DNA of 39,312 nt from a virus (Duplodnaviria; Caudoviricetes). Below are positions 26,745 through 36,461 of this stretch, piece after piece; position 1 is the stretch's first letter, and each line of letters begins with the position of its first letter. The translations under genes and the position numbers were made by a program. The stretch is from the IMG/VR virus record IMGVR_UViG_3300048851_000228, positions 1 to 39,312 of that record; one strand, given 5' to 3'. Below the pieces are notes generated by a model that was given only the letters and a program-made list of their open reading frames with translations, made no database searches and was not told where the DNA came from.

Positions 26745-28750
26745 TGCCACAGGAGCAGGGTTACGAGCGCCGTGTAGGGTCTGTTACCCCGGCCGCCCTT
26801 CCGCAGGCCTCAGCGGCCGCCTTCGGCGCGGGTATCGGACAAAGCGTTTCCGAAATGGGAGACGTGCTGCACCGGCGCGACGTTCAAAAGTACCAGATCG
26901 AGCGCCAACAGACTGCCGATAGCGAGTCTGCCGACGCCGCACTTAAATTGGCAGATGTGCGTCAGCGCCTCGATGCGGCACGTGACCAGGCCCGCGCAGC
27001 GCCCGACGCCGGCGCGGCAGGGCATGTCGCGGCGATGGAAGCGGCGTTCGATCGGGAAGTGTCGGGGATCACGGACGGCATCACCGAAGACCGCGTGCGC
27101 CGAAACCTTTCGACCCAGATCGCCGACTATCGATCGAATTTTGTCAGCGGTGAGAACACCTGGAAAACGGTGTACGCTGCGAAGACCAGTGTCACCAACC
27201 TTGGCGTCTTGAACGAGAAGGCGTCGGCGCGCGTCTTCATGAGCAGCGATCCCAACGTCTACGGGCAAGAGAGCACTGCCTGGGATGATGCTGTCGATAC
27301 GCGATCCGACATAGGCGCGGACCAAAAAGAGGCCGTTCGTCGAGATGGTCATGCGGCGTTGGCCATCGCCTATGCGGGTCGGCGAGAACGGGACGATCCG
27401 AAAGGCCTGATTTCTGACATTGACGGTGGATCGTTCAACGACGTCCTTGACGCAAAGCAACTCGATCGCCTTCGTGCTGGTGCCGAGGCGCAGGTCCGGA
27501 TGGTCGAAGCGCAGCAGAAAGCACTCGCGGCCGCACAGGTGACAGCGACGCGCGAGCAGCTTGCGACCAAGCGTGCAGAACTCGATACCGGCGCGGGCAA
27601 ACCGCAGGATTGGGCGACGCTCGCGCAGCAGTATGAGGCGATCGGCGACACGTCCGCGGCTGTCACCGCTCGTGCAGCAGGCGAGGCGAAGATGGCAGCG
27701 CTTACCCATCAGGGCGATGGAATGGATGCGCTTGATAGCCAGATTTCGACACTTACCGCGAAGCAGGGGCGCGGCGGTCTGTCGACCGCCGAGGCGGCGA
27801 CGCTTACGGGGATAACGGCGCTTCGTAGCCAGAAAGCCCAACGACTGGGACAGCCAGGTGGCGCCTTGCTCGATATGGAGTTCATGACTGGCCGGCCGAT
27901 CGCGCCGCTCGATCCGGCGGATCCTGCATCGGTTCGGCTTCGCGGGCAGCAGGCGGCGCAGGCTGCGCAGTTGGCGGGGCGGCCGAACGCGATCGAGCCG
28001 TTCAAGCCGACCGAACTGCCGGCGATGAAGGACCTGATGGAGAACGGCGCCGGCGGGCGCATCCAGGTGCTGCAGACGCTGGCCGCGTTCGGCGATGCGC
28101 GCGTGATCGATGGCGCAGCGCGACAGGTGTCGGGCAGCGGCGACGGCGCGTTCCGGGTCGCGTCGCGCATGTTGACCTATCCGGCCGGGCAAGCAGTAGC
28201 GACAGCGATCGTTCGCGGCGACGAGCTGCGCGGCAAACAGCCCTGGCCGGAGAAGGCTCAACGTCAGGCGCGGGCGGATTTCATGAAATATTATGGGGGC
28301 GCCATGCGTGGCGGCGACCTCCCACCGGGATTCGTCAACGATCTGTTCGATGGTGCGATGGGGTTCTACGCGAGCCGCGCGAACGGTGGCGCGTATGATG
28401 CCGGCCGGTTTGCTGAAGCGACCGAGGCGGTGCTGGGGCGGAACGGCGGGCGCGGTGGTGTTGCGCGTGTGCCCGGGCAGGGCATCGTCATCGCCCCGCC
28501 AACGATGTCGCCGGAAGCCATGATGACGCGCTTCGCGCGGGCTAAGGGGGAAGACTATCAGGCGGCAGCCGGGGGTAGAGCGCCTGTCTATTCGGATGGC
28601 TCACACCTGACACGCGGCGCGCTGCGAACGATGTTGCCGACCATGCTTGCCGATGGCCGCTATGGCTTTCGTGGCGCGAACGGCGCGTTGTTGCATGACG
28701 ATCGCGGCGGGATCTACGCCGTCGACCTGCACCGCCTGCCCGCGCGATGA
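26744..28750 (+). CDS. Internal virion (ejection) protein
   Basis: 668-aa Ala-rich helical ORF in the ejection block; TGATG-coupled. Confidence 0.7.
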   Translation: MPQEQGYERRVGSVTPAALPQASAAAFGAGIGQSVSEMGDVLHRRDVQKYQIERQQTADSESADAALKLADVRQRLDAARDQARAAPDAGAAGHVAAMEAAFDREVSGITDGITEDRVRRNLSTQIADYRSNFVSGENTWKTVYAAKTSVTNLGVLNEKASARVFMSSDPNVYGQESTAWDDAVDTRSDIGADQKEAVRRDGHAALAIAYAGRRERDDPKGLISDIDGGSFNDVLDAKQLDRLRAGAEAQVRMVEAQQKALAAAQVTATREQLATKRAELDTGAGKPQDWATLAQQYEAIGDTSAAVTARAAGEAKMAALTHQGDGMDALDSQISTLTAKQGRGGLSTAEAATLTGITALRSQKAQRLGQPGGALLDMEFMTGRPIAPLDPADPASVRLRGQQAAQAAQLAGRPNAIEPFKPTELPAMKDLMENGAGGRIQVLQTLAAFGDARVIDGAARQVSGSGDGAFRVASRMLTYPAGQAVATAIVRGDELRGKQPWPEKAQRQARADFMKYYGGAMRGGDLPPGFVNDLFDGAMGFYASRANGGAYDAGRFAEATEAVLGRNGGRGGVARVPGQGIVIAPPTMSPEAMMTRFARAKGEDYQAAAGGRAPVYSDGSHLTRGALRTMLPTMLADGRYGFRGANGALLHDDRGGIYAVDLHRLPAR

Positions 28751-31365
28751 CCGACCAGCGTAGCGGTCCGCTAGCGACCTACCTGCCAACGCCTAGCCCG
28801 CAAGGGCCTGGCGTCCCGAAGCCGATCGAGCGGCCGACGCTGGGCCAAGTGTACGACGCGGCAACGACGACGTCACGCGCCGACCTGCCCAGTGCGGAGC
28901 GCGATCGACTGTACGAGGCGTACAAGCCGATCGTCGATGAACTCAACCAGGGACGATCGTGGTTTCGCCGCTATCACAACCCCGGCGCTGGCGGCGCAAA
29001 CTTCGAGACGTACCTGTTCAACGACGACGGCAATCCCGTGGCGTCTGCACCTGGTGCTGAAGCGCAGGAAGAGCATCTGTGGCGGGCGATCGACACGGCG
29101 CGGCAGGCCAATCCCAAGGCCTTCCCGGGTGTGCCGGCGACGCGCGACGATTTTCACACGCAGATCCTGAACAATGCCAAGGCGAAACTGCGTGGCGCGC
29201 GCGAGACGATTGGCCGGAACGATAGCTGGGCCGGCACCGGCGCCGAGATTGCCGCGGGCGTCGCGACTAGCTTTCGAGATCCGGTCAACATCGCCGCGAT
29301 GCCGATCGGCGGTGTCGGGCGCAGCGTCGCTACGCGGATCGTGACGTCGGCGCTGGCGAACATGGCGGTCGAGGCTATCGAGCAGCCGATCGTCGCCAAC
29401 CAGCGCGAGAAGCTGGGCGAGACGCTGACCGGTCGGGAAGCGGCGATCAACATCGGCGTGGCGGGCCTTTTCGGTGGTGGGCTGCAGGGCGTCGGTGAAG
29501 TCGCCGCGCCGGTACTGTCTGGCGCGATCGGTCGCGGCCGGGCGCTGGCGGCCGACGCGCGCGCCAAGATTGGCTGGGAGAACATGACACCGCCCGAGAA
29601 GGTGGCGGTGCTGTCGCTGGAGCGTGATGCAGACATCGCGGCGACCAGTCCTTTCAAGCCGGGTGCCGGCACCGATGCCCATGTCAACCGGATCGAGAAG
29701 ACCGTCGCTGGGCTGAAGGCGGGCGAAGGCGTTCCCCCGCCGGCGCCGGCGCGGTCGTTCAATTTTCAGACCTATGCCAATCGCACCGGCGTCGCGGAGA
29801 ATGGCGGCAAGTGGCAGGGCGGCACGGCGACCTCGTCCGCGTACGGCATGTACCAGATCACGCGGGACACGTGGCTGCGATTTGCCGAGAAGGCGAGGAT
29901 CAAGGGCGTCGACGATGCCGCCACCTGGGACAAGCGGACGAACCCGGCCGCGCAGGAGGCGGTGTTTACGGCGATCACGAACGAAAACCGGGCAGCGTTG
30001 GCGCGTGCCGGTGCGCCGGAAACTTACGGCAATCTGTACCTGATGCACTTCGCCGGCAGCGGCGCCGGCGCGAAGATCCTGAAGGCCGCACCTGGTACGC
30101 CGATCGAGCGCGTGCTGTCCGAGCGCGCGATCGCCGCGAACAAGTTCCTGCGGGGCAAGTCGACCGACGACGTCATCGCCTGGGCGCACGCCAAAATGGG
30201 CGAGACGCCAAGCGAAGGGCCGGTGTTATCGCGCAGCGGTTTCGACGAGCACGACGCCGGCGACGCGGAGTGGCGGAACGCCCAGGCGGAAGTCGAGGCG
30301 GCCGAGCGCCAGATCTCCGAGGCGAACGCGGCCGATGTCGACGACGCCATGCCGCGATCGGTGGATGACGACGTGCCGTTCGATCTGGACGATCCTCGCA
30401 GCACCCGAGGCGGGCCGCAGCGCGATCCGTTCGCCGACCTGCCTGACGACATGGTCGACGCGACACCGGTCCGCATTGATGCAGCGATGGACGCCGAGCC
30501 GGTGCGGCCGACCCTGTCGCAAGTCGAAGCGCAGGATCTCGAAACGCGAGGGTTGGGACCCGCGTCCGAACTGTCGTTCGTGAGTAAGGAAGGCCCGCCG
30601 GGCGTGTCGTTCGTCAATGAGGACGGCAATTACGCGACCGCAGTCTACCGCAACCAGAACGGCGCGGCACGTGGAATTGTCCGGATGCCGATCAGCGATG
30701 AAGCGCGCGAGATCGGCAACGAAGTCAGCAGCTATGTCGCGCCCGAGCTGCGCCGCCAGGGCATCGCGACCCAGCTGTACGATAGCATCCGCGAAAACGG
30801 TTTCGACGTCGATCGCCTTAGCGGCACCGCAGACCTGACCCCCGATGGTGCCGCGTTCGTTAATGCCCGTCGCGCACGGCCGGCTGATGCGCCGACGCCG
30901 TCGACCGTCCCCAAGCGGTATCAAGATTGGCAGTCACCGAACGACGAGCTCGAAACGCACTGGCGCTACCAGGCGGAAACGCCGGAAGGTGCGCAGCCGG
31001 TATGGGCAATGCGGGATGCCGATGGCGCGATCGTCAAATGGGCGCCGGCCGAGCGAACGATACGGCGCGAGCTGGACCGCGAATTCTTCCCCGAGAATTT
31101 TACTGTCGAGCAGGTGTCGCCGACCACGCGTGCGCCGGATGTGGAGCCGGCGCCGACGGCAATCGCCGGGTTCGATCATCCGGACGATGTCGCCGCGACG
31201 CGACAGATCGATAGCATGGTCCACGATCTGAAGATGCTCGTCGACCAAGCGCCGGACATGCGCGTGCGTGTCGGTGATGACGGCGAGGATCATCCGCTGG
31301 CGGACGTGCTCGCCGATCTGGACGGCGACGAGGCCGCGATCGAGGCCGCGCGGCGGTGTATGTGA
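28747..31365 (+). CDS. Internal virion (ejection) protein with lytic-transglycosylase-like domain and GNAT-like module
   Basis: Hydrophobic Gly/Ala segments; AENGG...SSAYGMYQITRDTW...LYLMHFAG.G; YVAPELRRQGIATQLY. Confidence 0.8.
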   Translation: MTDQRSGPLATYLPTPSPQGPGVPKPIERPTLGQVYDAATTTSRADLPSAERDRLYEAYKPIVDELNQGRSWFRRYHNPGAGGANFETYLFNDDGNPVASAPGAEAQEEHLWRAIDTARQANPKAFPGVPATRDDFHTQILNNAKAKLRGARETIGRNDSWAGTGAEIAAGVATSFRDPVNIAAMPIGGVGRSVATRIVTSALANMAVEAIEQPIVANQREKLGETLTGREAAINIGVAGLFGGGLQGVGEVAAPVLSGAIGRGRALAADARAKIGWENMTPPEKVAVLSLERDADIAATSPFKPGAGTDAHVNRIEKTVAGLKAGEGVPPPAPARSFNFQTYANRTGVAENGGKWQGGTATSSAYGMYQITRDTWLRFAEKARIKGVDDAATWDKRTNPAAQEAVFTAITNENRAALARAGAPETYGNLYLMHFAGSGAGAKILKAAPGTPIERVLSERAIAANKFLRGKSTDDVIAWAHAKMGETPSEGPVLSRSGFDEHDAGDAEWRNAQAEVEAAERQISEANAADVDDAMPRSVDDDVPFDLDDPRSTRGGPQRDPFADLPDDMVDATPVRIDAAMDAEPVRPTLSQVEAQDLETRGLGPASELSFVSKEGPPGVSFVNEDGNYATAVYRNQNGAARGIVRMPISDEAREIGNEVSSYVAPELRRQGIATQLYDSIRENGFDVDRLSGTADLTPDGAAFVNARRARPADAPTPSTVPKRYQDWQSPNDELETHWRYQAETPEGAQPVWAMRDADGAIVKWAPAERTIRRELDREFFPENFTVEQVSPTTRAPDVEPAPTAIAGFDHPDDVAATRQIDSMVHDLKMLVDQAPDMRVRVGDDGEDHPLADVLADLDGDEAAIEAARRCM

Positions 31366-31378
31366 CGAAGGATAGATC

Positions 31379-33976
31379 ATGTCGCTAGGTGCCTGCATTC
31401 CCGACATGCTGAAGCGGGGCGAGATCGATCCCACACGGGCGGCGCGCATGAAGACGTTGTTCGAGGAACTCGAACGCCAGTACCGCACCCGGATGTCGCC
31501 GGCAGCGGCCGCGGCCGAGGCCAGCGAAAAGACGCTGACCAAACTCGTCTACGAGGCTCGGCTGAAGAAGCGGCAGACGTTGCTGCAGGTAACGGCCCAG
31601 CACCGGATCTTGCGCGACATGGAAGGCTTCGCGGGCGGTGGTCACGACAAATATCGTTCGGCCGCGGCCGCGGTGTTCGATCGCGACTGGAAGGGGCGAG
31701 CCCAGTATAGCAGCATCGAGGGACGCCGGCGCGCGATCGTCGGCCAGGCGCATGCGATGATGGTCGACGTGCTCGAGCGTCACAAACGCAACTTCGTCAC
31801 CGGTGGCGAGCGCAACAAGGCGGACCTGGTCGACCTCGAACGCGAGGCGTTCGGCGAGGACAGCGGCAATGCGGCCGCCAAGGAACTCGCTGCGGCGTGG
31901 GACGAAACGGCCGAGTGGCTACGCCAGCGCGCGAACGCGGCCGGCGCCGATATTGGCAAGCTCGACAAATGGGGCTTTCCCCAGCGCCACAATTCGCAGG
32001 CGATCCGCGAGGCGGCCGATGCCAGCCCGGAATATCGCGCGCTTGATGCGGAGCTGAAGCTGGCGCGCAGCGAGGGGCGCAAGGGCGACGCAACGCGGAT
32101 CGGCGAACGGATGGTCGACATGGCGTCGCAGACCTGGCGCGACTTCATCACGCCGCGCTTGGACCGGTCACGCATGATCGACAAGACCACGGGCGAGGCA
32201 TTCACTCCCGAGGCGCTAGACACAGCCCTGGACGGCGTCTTCCGGACGATCCGCACCGACGGCTGGGAAGGTCGCGCCCTGGGCGCAATGGGCGGCAGCA
32301 AGCTCGCTAGCAGCCTGAGCGAAGAACGCTTCCTCATCTTCAAGGATGCGGCCGGATGGACCGACTATAACGAACGCTTCGGCGCAGGAAATTCGTTCGA
32401 GGCTATGAACGGTCATATCGAACGAATGGCGCGCGACGTCGCGCATATGGAGTTGTTGGGCCCAAGCCCGGCCGCGCAGGTCAAGTGGATGAACGACCTA
32501 ATCGAGAGCAAGCGGCAGCTGACCCCGGACAGCAAGGCAACCGGGCAGAAAGCGGACGGTCTGTTGGTGTCGATCGACAACCTGTTCGCGACGACGTCAG
32601 GCGCTCTGTCGGCACCGGTCGATCCGAAATTCGCCAAGCGCATCGGATCCGCGCGCAACCTGCTCGTCTCCGCCCAGCTCGGCAGCGCCGTGGTGACGGC
32701 CGTGCCGACCGACATCGCGTTTTCGACACTCGCTCGGATATATCGCGGGTTGCCGATCATGCGCGGCGCGTTCGAGTTCGCCCAGCTGCTGAAGTCGGGC
32801 GATCGTCACGACGCGATCGCGTCCGGCCTGATCGCCGAGGAAGCCAGCCGGTCGCTGCAATCCGGCAACAGGTTCGTCAATGACGAACAGATCGGCGCGA
32901 AATCCGGATGGCTGGCGGAGCGCGTCATGAACCTGTCGCTGATCGCGCCCTGGACGCAGAACGCACGGTGGACGTTCGGGCGGGGCATGCAGGCCGAGCT
33001 GGGCAAGCAAGCCGCCCGACCGCTGGACCAGGTGCCGGCGCGCTTCCAGCGGATGCTCCGCGAGTATGGCTTCAGCAACGGTGAGTGGGAGCAGGTCCGC
33101 AAGACGCCGCTGTCCAATGGCGTGTTCCTGGAACCGATGCAGATCGAGAACCGCGGCTTGCGGGATCGCATGCTCGAAATGATCCTGATGGAGACCGACG
33201 GCGCGATCCCGGCCACTACCGTGACGGGGCGTGCGGCGCTGTCGTTCGGCCAGCGACCGGGCTCTGCAGGCGGCGAGTTCCTGCGCAGCATCGGGCAGTA
33301 CAAGTCGTTCGGCGTCAGCCTGATCCAGATGCAGGCGGGGCGCATCATGGCGGAGAAGGGGGCAGGTAATAAGCTCCTGTACCTGGCGGGCCTCAGCGCG
33401 TTGGGCACGGCGGGCGGACTGATCGCCAACTGGGCCCGCGACATCCGCAGCGGGAACGATCCCCAGCCGCTCGATGAGGCCTCGATCGGCAAGGCGTTCC
33501 TGACGGGTGTCGGTTTCGGCGTGTTCGGCGACTACCTGACGGCGGTGACCAGCGATCGCGCCGGCGCCTGGCCCGCGGCGGTCGCCGGGCCGCTCGTTGG
33601 TGCGACCGGTGAGTTCGGCGAGGTCGCGGTCGGATCCGCGATCGAGACCTACAAATGGGCCAAGGATCCCGACGAGGACGATGACGGCACGTCGAAGACA
33701 TGGAACGAGCAGACCCATGCCGGCCGCAAAGCCGTGCGCCTGGTCAAGCGGTACGCACCTGGTACGAACATCTGGTATGCTCGCAAAGCCGCCGAGGTGA
33801 TGTTGTGGGACCAGCTGCAGTACCTGTTCGATGACAACGCCCAGCAATCGTTCGACCAGGCGTCGCGCAATCGTGAGCGCGATGGGCGTGCCGATTGGTG
33901 GCAGCCGGGCCAGATGGCTCCCGGCCGGGCCCCGAACCTCGACCTCACGCGTGATCGAGATCCGAATAAGGAATAG
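31379..33976 (+). CDS. Large internal virion (ejection) protein, gp16-like
   Basis: 865-aa helical ORF with late hydrophobic segments (LLYLAGLSALGTAGGLIA; GVGFGVFGD); last of the ejection block. Confidence 0.75.
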   Translation: MSLGACIPDMLKRGEIDPTRAARMKTLFEELERQYRTRMSPAAAAAEASEKTLTKLVYEARLKKRQTLLQVTAQHRILRDMEGFAGGGHDKYRSAAAAVFDRDWKGRAQYSSIEGRRRAIVGQAHAMMVDVLERHKRNFVTGGERNKADLVDLEREAFGEDSGNAAAKELAAAWDETAEWLRQRANAAGADIGKLDKWGFPQRHNSQAIREAADASPEYRALDAELKLARSEGRKGDATRIGERMVDMASQTWRDFITPRLDRSRMIDKTTGEAFTPEALDTALDGVFRTIRTDGWEGRALGAMGGSKLASSLSEERFLIFKDAAGWTDYNERFGAGNSFEAMNGHIERMARDVAHMELLGPSPAAQVKWMNDLIESKRQLTPDSKATGQKADGLLVSIDNLFATTSGALSAPVDPKFAKRIGSARNLLVSAQLGSAVVTAVPTDIAFSTLARIYRGLPIMRGAFEFAQLLKSGDRHDAIASGLIAEEASRSLQSGNRFVNDEQIGAKSGWLAERVMNLSLIAPWTQNARWTFGRGMQAELGKQAARPLDQVPARFQRMLREYGFSNGEWEQVRKTPLSNGVFLEPMQIENRGLRDRMLEMILMETDGAIPATTVTGRAALSFGQRPGSAGGEFLRSIGQYKSFGVSLIQMQAGRIMAEKGAGNKLLYLAGLSALGTAGGLIANWARDIRSGNDPQPLDEASIGKAFLTGVGFGVFGDYLTAVTSDRAGAWPAAVAGPLVGATGEFGEVAVGSAIETYKWAKDPDEDDDGTSKTWNEQTHAGRKAVRLVKRYAPGTNIWYARKAAEVMLWDQLQYLFDDNAQQSFDQASRNRERDGRADWWQPGQMAPGRAPNLDLTRDRDPNKE

Positions 33977-34072
33977 CTTGGCGGTGAATCGTCGCCCTGA
34001 TAGATAGCAGCTTCCCGGTGATGACGGCACCGGACCTACGCCCCCGAATACCAAAGCCCTGGGGGGTAGTGA

Positions 34073-36223
34073 ATGACCGTTGCCGCGCTTCCTGCCGTTG
34101 CTGAATATGCCGAGGATGGCGTTTCGCTGTCCTTCCCGGCACCGTTCCGCTTCAAGGCAGCAGCCGACCTGGTCGTCGAGCGGATCATCAACGGCGTTAC
34201 GATCCCGCTGGCACTTGGCGCTGATTACACGGTGGCGGGCGGCGCGACCGACGCGGGCGGTACAGTCACCCGCACCGCGGCGACGAACGGTGCGTTGTTG
34301 CAGATCCGGCGATCGACGCCGCGAACGCAGCCGATGGTCTATACGACCGGCGATCGTTTCCCGGCTGCCAGCCATGAAGGCGCGCTCGATCGGCAGATGC
34401 TGATCTCGCAGGAGCAGGACGCGACGATCGCCGACATCGGCCGTCGGGCCATTCGGGTTCCGCCCGGGGAGATCGCTCCCGTGCTACCGCCCGCCAGCGC
34501 GCGCACCGGCGTGAAGATCATGGGGTTCAATCCGCTGACCGGCGCGCCGGAAGTGCAGGACGGCTCCGACTTCGAAGGCGATACTGGCGCTCCCGGCCGG
34601 GACGCCTCGGTGTTGGCGCGCACGTCGTTGCCGCTGATCGCGACGGCCGGCCAGACGACGTTCCTTGCCGGCTTCACGTTCGATCCGGTCAACGTTTATG
34701 TGAGCGTCAACGGCCTCGACATCACGGGTGCCGATTTCACGGTGACGCCGGCGAACGATGGCGTCGTGTTCGCCTCGGGCCTGGTGGCGGGCAACGTGGT
34801 CGAGATCCGGTCCTTCGTGCCCGGCAACAATCGCGCGGCGGACCTGGTTGTTTCGGTCAAGGACGTCGACTTCGCGGGCGGCGCGCGAGGCGACAACCAG
34901 CACGATGACACGGCCGCGATACAGGCGGCGATCGACTATGTCAGCGCGCGGGGTGGCGGCATCGTCGACTTGCCACCCGGCACCTACAAGGTTTCGACCC
35001 GGCTTCGCTCCGACATGTTCCAGCTTTTCTGCCTGGTCATGCCTAGCAACATATGGCTGCGCGGACACGGGAAGACAGTCAGCATCATCCGGCTGAACGA
35101 CGACGACCAAATCGCGGGTGTTGGCGCGGCGATCCGCATCATCGCGCAGGAGCCGGGAGCGGTAAACGGGATCACGCTGACCGGGCTCGCGGTGGACGGC
35201 AACTACCAGAACCAGCCCAAGCTCCAGAACCAGGGCGGGAACGGCGGCAATATCTTCTTCGGCTACTTTGATGGCGGCGTTCCGAACAACGTCACGATCG
35301 AGGACTGCGCGTCCTACAATGCCTACGGGCAGGGCATCCAGATGGTGGGACAGCCTGAAAGCCAAGCCGCAAATATCTTCATTCGCAATAACGACATCTA
35401 CCAATGCTCGTTCATCGGCGTTCAGGTGTCGCAGTTCGTCAACATCGACATCAGTCACAACAAGATCACGTATTGCGGTGACAATGGCATCGATATCTAC
35501 GGGTTCAACAATAGCTTCTCCGCGCCAGCTATCCGTTCCGGCGGTTTCATCATCGCCAACAATCGCATCGTCAATTGCGGCGGTGCGGGCGTGTTTCCCG
35601 AGTCCGTCGCGAACGGGATTGTCGATAGCAATTCCGTCGAGGGCTGCAACCAGGGCGTGCATGTCAACCTGATCGGCGGTGAGATCAAGGGCATCAAGAT
35701 CACCAACAATGAGGCGATCAACTGCGGCTCCGGCTATGCCGTGACCGGCCCGATGAACGTCGAGTTTCGGTACAACTATGCCTCGGGTTTTACGGTCGCG
35801 GGCCTGATCTGTGGCGGCTCGGGTGGCGAGGCGAGCTACATCAAATATTCCGGCTTCACCTTCCTGCCGGCCAACAAGAACCTGCCGCTGGTGCTGGTCG
35901 TGCCTGGAACGAACGGTTTCAACTTCGTCGACCCCGGCACCGAAAACTTCCTGATCGAGGCAAACACCAACGATCCGACGCCGGCGAGCTCGTACTTCGT
36001 CAACTACTCGGCCGTGACGGTCGGCAGTCCAGCGCCGACGTTTCGCAGCGCAACCAACCCGGGTGCGACCTCCGGTATGCGCCTGCCGCAGCCCCGCATC
36101 GAGGGCCGCATGACGTGGGCCGCGCCCCCGTCTTTCGCCGACAATGCAACCGCTGTCGCGGCGCTCGGAGCCGGCTCGATCTACGTCGACAGCACCACCT
36201 TCGTTCTGACGCTTACGCACTGA
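34073..36223 (+). CDS. Tailspike with T7-like N-terminal anchor and right-handed beta-helix (polysaccharide depolymerase-like)
   Basis: DG...F..PF...DY.V.G...GG.V...IRR.TP..Q anchor; VSVKD...GD...DDTAAIQAAID...GG.V.LPPGTY; Asn-ladder repeats. Confidence 0.88.
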   Translation: MTVAALPAVAEYAEDGVSLSFPAPFRFKAAADLVVERIINGVTIPLALGADYTVAGGATDAGGTVTRTAATNGALLQIRRSTPRTQPMVYTTGDRFPAASHEGALDRQMLISQEQDATIADIGRRAIRVPPGEIAPVLPPASARTGVKIMGFNPLTGAPEVQDGSDFEGDTGAPGRDASVLARTSLPLIATAGQTTFLAGFTFDPVNVYVSVNGLDITGADFTVTPANDGVVFASGLVAGNVVEIRSFVPGNNRAADLVVSVKDVDFAGGARGDNQHDDTAAIQAAIDYVSARGGGIVDLPPGTYKVSTRLRSDMFQLFCLVMPSNIWLRGHGKTVSIIRLNDDDQIAGVGAAIRIIAQEPGAVNGITLTGLAVDGNYQNQPKLQNQGGNGGNIFFGYFDGGVPNNVTIEDCASYNAYGQGIQMVGQPESQAANIFIRNNDIYQCSFIGVQVSQFVNIDISHNKITYCGDNGIDIYGFNNSFSAPAIRSGGFIIANNRIVNCGGAGVFPESVANGIVDSNSVEGCNQGVHVNLIGGEIKGIKITNNEAINCGSGYAVTGPMNVEFRYNYASGFTVAGLICGGSGGEASYIKYSGFTFLPANKNLPLVLVVPGTNGFNFVDPGTENFLIEANTNDPTPASSYFVNYSAVTVGSPAPTFRSATNPGATSGMRLPQPRIEGRMTWAAPPSFADNATAVAALGAGSIYVDSTTFVLTLTH

Positions 36224-36233
36224 GGATCTGAAT

Positions 36234-36461
36234 ATGGCATCCGCTCCTCCTGTTATCGCGCTCGGCTTTCCGCAGCGTCTCGCAAATTACGTCATTGGTG
36301 GCGGTGCGGAGGTGAACTCCTACGCGCTCGGCTATCAGCAGGCGGGGCGGTTCGGGCCTGACGGTTCGCCCGAGTCCACTGACGCGCAGAAGGCCGCTTA
36401 CCGCGCCGGCTTACGAGACAGGCAACTGGATAACTCTGCCGTTCTGGTGCTCGGGCTGTGA
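36234..36461 (+). CDS. Small hypothetical protein between the tail genes
   Basis: RBS GAGG; GTGA-coupled to the next gene. Confidence 0.6.
   Translation: MASAPPVIALGFPQRLANYVIGGGAEVNSYALGYQQAGRFGPDGSPESTDAQKAAYRAGLRDRQLDNSAVLVLGL

Noticed and set aside
9717-36220. Many long antisense ORFs (9717-11537, 15483-17063, 21303-22991, 23684-25366, 32597-34375, 34484-36220)
   Set aside because: Shadow frames of high-GC genes; no recognisable motifs, and they overlap well-supported genes.
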